A DNA stretch of 64,000 nucleotides from Hamiltosporidium tvaerminnensis FI-OER-3-3 (lineage: Eukaryota; Fungi; Microsporidia): positions 372,001 through 436,000 of the forward strand of contig CM061249.1 in NCBI GenBank assembly GCA_022605425.2. The letters run 5' to 3'. The translations under genes and the position numbers were made by a program. Below are positions 59,101 through 64,000 of the stretch, piece after piece; the stretch's first letter is position 1, and every line of letters begins with the position of its first letter. A model generated the notes under the pieces. That model made no database searches, was not told the origin of the DNA, and saw nothing but the letters and a program-made list of their open reading frames with translations.

Positions 59101-61069
59101 TTATAGGGGTTTTAATAATAGACCTTATGAACAACAGGGTGTTAATAACAGTAGTAGTAAACAACACCCTCTTAATACCACTACTAGTAAACAACACCCT
59201 CTTAGTAACAATACTAATGAACAACACCCTCTTAATACCACTACTAGTAAACAACACCCTCTTAGTAACAGTACTGATAATTATCACCCTGTTATTAACA
59301 GTACTAATAAACAACACCCTCTTAACAATCTATCTAATGTACAACACCCTCTTAACAATAACAATAATACACCCCTTACCTTTACTTCTGATTCTAATGC
59401 TAAAGTATCTCTTATTACTTTTAATAACACCCCTATAAATATAAATTATCTTTCAAATTATACCTTATCATTTATAACATATAAATACCTTTTAAATATA
59501 AATTTAATAAGAAAAGATAAATTAGCATTTCCTAATATAAAATATAAGATACATAATATATATAATAATAGATATAATATATATTATAATAGTATTGTTA
59601 TAGCTAGTAAAGAGTATAGTGATATGGTTATTAATAATTATAATATAATATACTCAGATGGTATGATGGGGGGTGTTAGTGACAGTAGTATGATAGGGGG
59701 TGTTAGTGACAGTAGCATAGGGATAAAGGGTGTTAATAACAGTGTTCCTAATATAAAGGGTGTTAATGACAGTAGTAGTAATATAAAGGGTGTTAATAAC
59801 AGTGGTACTAATATAAAGGGTGTTAATAACAGTACTAGTAATATAAAGGGTGTTAATAATAAGGGTACTAATATAAAGGGTGTTAATATAAGTACTAATA
59901 AACAAAACCCCCTTGATTTCTCAGATGAACATGTATTTGAAATTCTTTTCTTTCCTTTATATGACTGTAATATATTAAACATATTAATATTTATATATGG
60001 TATTGATAGAATACGTAATATAGGAATATTAATGTTATTTAATAAGTATAAATATAAATATAAAGATATTATGAGGTGTGTTAGAAGTGTTTTAGAAGAT
60101 AAAAGAGAGATATTGATGTATTGTTATAATTTTAAGGAGTTTATTGGTAGAGAGGTTAGTGTTAGTATGTTTAGAGAGGGTTATAAGTATGAGGTGTGTA
60201 AATGGTATAAGGATAGTGTGTGGGATGATGAGGGGGTGTGGGATATTGGTAGTGATAGGATGGGTAAGCATGGTTTAGATAAGAGGGTAGGTAATATGGC
60301 ACCTTTAAACAATAGGATCGGTAATATGGGACCTTTAAATAATAGTATAGGTAATAAGACCCATTTAGGTAACAATAGAGGTAATAGCACCCCTTTAGGT
60401 AACAATGCTGTTAATAACACCCCTTTAGGTAACAATACTGTTAATAACACCCCTTTAAACAACAACAGTATTAATAACACCCCTTTAAATAACAACCTTA
60501 TCAATAACACCCCTTTAAAAATTAATTTACTTGATTATGTGTTATTTAGAGAGTCTAAATATTCTTTAGTTGATATAGAATGTAGAGGGGTGTTAGTAAG
60601 AGAAGAAATAATAATAACTTTTAATTATAATAATACCTTGTTAGATAGTACAAATCAAAGGAATAAAATAATTATAGGAAATAAAGGGGGTATAAGTAAT
60701 ACTGTGGTAAATAACAGGGTGTTAGACAGTACAAATCAAAGGAATAAAATAAGTATAGAAAATAAAGGGGTGTTAACTACTAACATGTTAAATAACAGGG
60801 TAGGGGTGTTAAAGATGTGTGAAATATTAAGATGTACTTATAAATATATGTGTGTTATAAATATGTGGAAAGTATTCATTGATAGTAAGTTACAAGGTGT
60901 CAGAGAATGTCTTATATGTTATCTTGTTATGTGTATTGAAGATAATTGTTTTCCTACTTTTTTATGTAAAGTTTGTAAGAATAGTTATCATAGGAGATGT
61001 GTTGATAAGATGGTTAGGAAGAGTGGGAATAAGAGGTGTCCTATATGTAGAGTGGATATGGAAATATAA
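50163..61069 (+). CDS. LTN1: Ltn1/listerin-like RING E3 ubiquitin ligase, repeat-expanded, interrupted by a retrotransposon and several indels in this assembly
   Basis: The C-terminus WKVFIDSKLQGVRECLICY...PTFLCKVCKNSYHRRC...KSGNKRCPICR is the Ltn1 RING context. The N-terminus PDISTKIKNLKKSS...LKSL resembles the Ltn1 N-terminal helix. ORF pieces at 50163, 50973, 51604, 53534 and 58757 are colinear and share composition, and the frame reads through when 54380-57592 plus one TSD copy is removed. Confidence 0.75.
50420..50595 (+). repeat. 18-bp coding tandem repeat (KDYKNI)n
   Basis: AAAGATTATAAGAATATT repeated about 6 times, with degenerate flanks. Confidence 0.9.
54380..57592 (+). mobile_element. 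RLE-type non-LTR retrotransposon copy inserted in LTN1, riddled with small deletions
   Basis: Colinear with the reverse complement of 31593-35346 (e.g. HLLFIDDLK, HDYTRRHNEVVRCLHL, RPDIFILDKKKNKITLI); perfect 12-bp TSD TATTTTAATAAA at 54368-54379 and 57593-57604. Confidence 0.95.
57780..58090 (+). repeat. G-rich 15-bp-based coding minisatellite (GDNRV/SDNRV)n
   Basis: AGTGATAATAGGGTT and variants in tandem. Confidence 0.85.
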
Positions 61070-61071
61070 TA

Positions 61072-61152
61072 GAGTGGGAGAGGGATAGTAGAATGGGAGA
61101 GGAATAGTAGAATGGGAGAGGAATAGTAGAATGGGAGAGGGATAGTAGAGTG
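61072..61152 (+). repeat. 20-bp purine-rich tandem repeat x4 just after the LTN1 stop
   Basis: TGGGAGAGG(G/A)ATAGTAGAA repeated. Confidence 0.85.
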
Positions 61153-61381
61153 ATTGTGTAATAAGGTGTTAGGTATCTTATAGGTTATAAGTATGATTAT
61201 AAGGTTTTAATATACTGGAAATATAATATTATAATACTTTATATTTTAAGTTCATTAAACCTAAGAGAATTTATTAGTATTTATAATATAATGAATAAAG
61301 CTTAATATCATGATAAATAATTTAATTTATTTAATATTTTTATTTTTTAATTTAGTTAATATTTTTTAATTTAGTTAATAT

Positions 61382-62109
61382 GTGGAGAAAGGATAACCAC
61401 ATAAAAAACTTTCTGCTTGGCAATGATTGTGTGAAACTGGTACGAGGATCCTCCTTGTTTGGATTTTTGGTGAGAATAAAACCACACTACATCTTCGGTT
61501 GTTCCATAGAAGTTTTTATGAGCGGAGAGAGCGAAGAAATGGAGAAACTTTTTCTACGAATTTATTTGTAGTTTTTTATGTAACCAGATTGCAGACCGCA
61601 GCTGAACATGTAGGTAATTGCCATGTAAAAGCATGGAAACCTAGCCTTGCTCACTCGGGTTAGAAGACTTAGCGCCTGGGAGATAAAAAACAAAAAACCA
61701 TATAAAGCCAGGAAAGCTAAGTAGCAGGTTATACCTGTTGGTATGACATTGCACTGTCTAGGTGGACCCCATGTAAATCTCTGAAATATATCTTAGCTAG
61801 AAGTTTATTGGGTTCAGAAAGTGTAGAGTAAGTGGGAATGCTGCATAGTCTTAAAGGGGAGCCTAGCGTGGTTAGCTTTCGATCACACTCCATGCAACGG
61901 ACATTTACGAACTCTTGGCAACTGCCTCGCCTATTAATTAGGTTCTACACACCTGGTAGATGAAAGGCTTTGGGACGTAGGTATCGCAGGGTGTACTTAT
62001 GGAGTGTTGGGATAGGGGTTATTTATGCTAAACCTAGAACTGCGTTAATGTCATAAAAACAAATATAACACTTGCCACTATTCTAAAAGATCTGATACTT
62101 CTAAATAAA
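61382..62109 (+). repeat. long structured dispersed repeat, best-preserved copy (candidate large ncRNA / SINE-like element)
   Basis: Reference copy with many helices (see findings); starts GTGGAGAAAGGATAACCAC and ends TAAATAAA. Confidence 0.95.
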
Positions 62110-62129
62110 GTTGAATTTACTTACATATT

Positions 62130-62337
62130 TAAATTCTCTTTTACTTTTCAGTGTAAAAGATGAAAAAAACAAAATTTACCATTTTATTCTTTTAATATGT
62201 TGTAACTCGGGATTATAGGGGATCGGCGTATAGATCTATGATGGTTTTTTCATCATAAAAATGGCAACAATGATTTTCACACCAATTCTACACACTTATT
62301 GCCAAACGGCTAGTTTTTAAAGTGGTTATTCTCTCTC
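62130..62337 (-). repeat. short dispersed repeat copy, tail-to-tail with a long copy
   Basis: Reverse complement reads GAGAGAGAATAACCAC...TTGGCAAT...AAAATCATTGTTGCC...CCTATAATCCCGAGTTACAACA...GTAAAAGAGAAT. Confidence 0.9.
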
Positions 62338-64000
62338 AATCTTATATTAAATAAGATATATTGGGTTATATAAGACTAGGAATGATGAAGATTTTAGAAA
62401 ATATAATCAGATTCATTGTATGCTAATAGATTGATATTTGTAGAAGAAGTTTAAATTTTTGTTTATGTTATCTTCTTAGGTTGATAAAAGATCTAATGCG
62501 TTAATATACTATGCAATACGGTTATAGGTCTTATTTCTAATGTATTTTATTATGTCTATTTAATAGTCTTTTTTTATACTAAATAAGCTATTGTATTAGA
62601 AGAATATATAAATAGCAGTTCTAAAAAATTGAAATAACTTATCTAGAATAATAAAGAGAAAATGTTCTGTTTTGGTTTTTTTTTCACGAATTACAGCTTT
62701 TCTAACTTTTTGATGTGAGTCATTATTGGATCTAACCTATAACTTATAAATATTTCTTCACACAGAGATCTTTCATTCTGTTATAACATCAAATAATCTG
62801 TATATTTCCATTATGTTTTGTTTAAAGTCTTTATACAATACCATATCGAGGTTTTCTAGATAAATAAATTCAATTTTACTTCTGTAAAGATTGAATGGTA
62901 TTGATTATTATATACATATATGAGCTCATGCTACTCTTCTACATATGTCATAACATGACAGCCATATCTTATACATTTCATATTCCCGCAATTATTAAAT
63001 GAATCAGTGATTTATTTGATATATTTATTTCTTTTAGCAAATGGGTTGTCATTATCTTAGAGAATCGGAAGTTACCCCAGGATTTCGGCTTATAAAGTAT
63101 GTATTTTCTTTAAATCCTCCAAAAACTCCATTTTAAGTTTAAATCTATAATATAATACAATAAATTTATTCTGGTAATGTATGGTATGCTATATTAATGA
63201 AGAATTTTATATGGGGCTTAAAGAGAGCTTATAATTATTCTAATGGTCGATTATGTGATTATAGACATAAAATATATATGCAATAGCAAGCTCCATTATA
63301 AATTTAAGGAATTATCAAGTCATTTAGATAAATCAGATTTCTTTCTCCTATTTTGTAACATTGGATGGTTTTTGATTTTCAGATTTTCACTTCATGTAAA
63401 TTATAAATTATTTTTATAGCTTTAAGTTCCTTTGTTTTCTTCTTTGCTTTGATGACCAAATGGATTTTAAACATACAATTAACATTTATAAGGTTGATTA
63501 CGGGTATTTCCATTGCTGCCGCGAAGTATATGAGATTTTCGAGATAAACTTAGGATATTTTTGCACATTCCTGCAGATTCGTAATTTTATGCTTATATGT
63601 TTTCATCTGTATTTAAAAATTAAATTTGTATTTATTGTTGTCTCAAACAGTACTACATCTGTTTCTTAATCTTAACGCAAATCTTTATGATTGAAGAGTA
63701 CTTTGCCGGATATAAATTAATTCTATATATCCGTCAATAATAACTTTTCTGCTTTCATAGCTTTTCTATTTTATCTTTACAAAGTCTTATCCGTTCTTTT
63801 GGCACATATGAAGTCATTCAAAATTTTTTTATACTGAAATTTTTCGTGGTATATTTTTTAGTTTGATTTTTATCTATTTATACAATAGATATTACAAAAT
63901 TAAAAATATTCTTTAGATTTTTTCTTTATTTACTACCTTATAAATAAAATCTAACGTATTATATTTCGGTTAACGAAAGGAATTTTAGCTTTTTAAATAT

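Noticed and set aside
57775-60510. Leu/Ile-rich antisense and alternate-frame ORFs across the LTN1 region
   Set aside because: They are by-products of quasi-palindromic triplet-period repeats.
61427-61663. Similar small ORFs in two repeat copies (61427-61663 and 38402-38599) as a peptide gene family
   Set aside because: They have non-ATG starts, their middle parts are in different frames, and other copies are closed. The similarity just reflects the DNA repeat.
61660-61852. AGACTT...TAGTC as group I intron P7 (R/S elements)
   Set aside because: The pairing is imperfect, it is not conserved across copies, and the element does not interrupt genes.
62600-63800. Possible very old non-LTR relic on the minus strand (LIYFAAA, KSDLSK, IYRLF fragments)
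   Set aside because: Too degenerate to support by eye; it needs a translated HMM search.

Overview
A very AT-rich, gene-sparse eukaryotic window. The intronless divergent genes, CCC motifs just upstream of ATGs and G-V-N-N/H-P-x-N-N repeat-inflated protein point to a large-genome microsporidian (Hamiltosporidium-like; this is inference). Recognisable genes are a Vps4-type AAA ATPase, a signal-peptide protein with a C-terminal Sdt1/Phm8-like HAD nucleotidase, a secreted LRR-like protein, a CTL-like membrane protein, an SSB1/SOSS-B OB-fold protein, a MED27-like protein, Tps2 and telomerase reverse transcriptase (TERT). Head-to-head with TERT lies one long Ltn1/listerin RING E3 gene (50163-61069), inflated by quasi-palindromic 30-bp repeats and split by a retrotransposon. 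Mobile DNA comprises a complete but dead plant-type DD39D mariner, four copies or fragments of an RLE-type non-LTR retrotransposon and faint Ty3/gypsy relics. The most striking unannotated signal is a dispersed non-coding family of ~630-730 nt (7 copies plus a fragment) with conserved helices, compensatory base changes and strand-biased G-U pairs, together with a ~210-nt sister family (3 copies) sharing its 5' head. One long copy has a 16-bp target duplication resembling the non-LTR element's target site, suggesting a large structured RNA mobilised SINE-style by a resident LINE.
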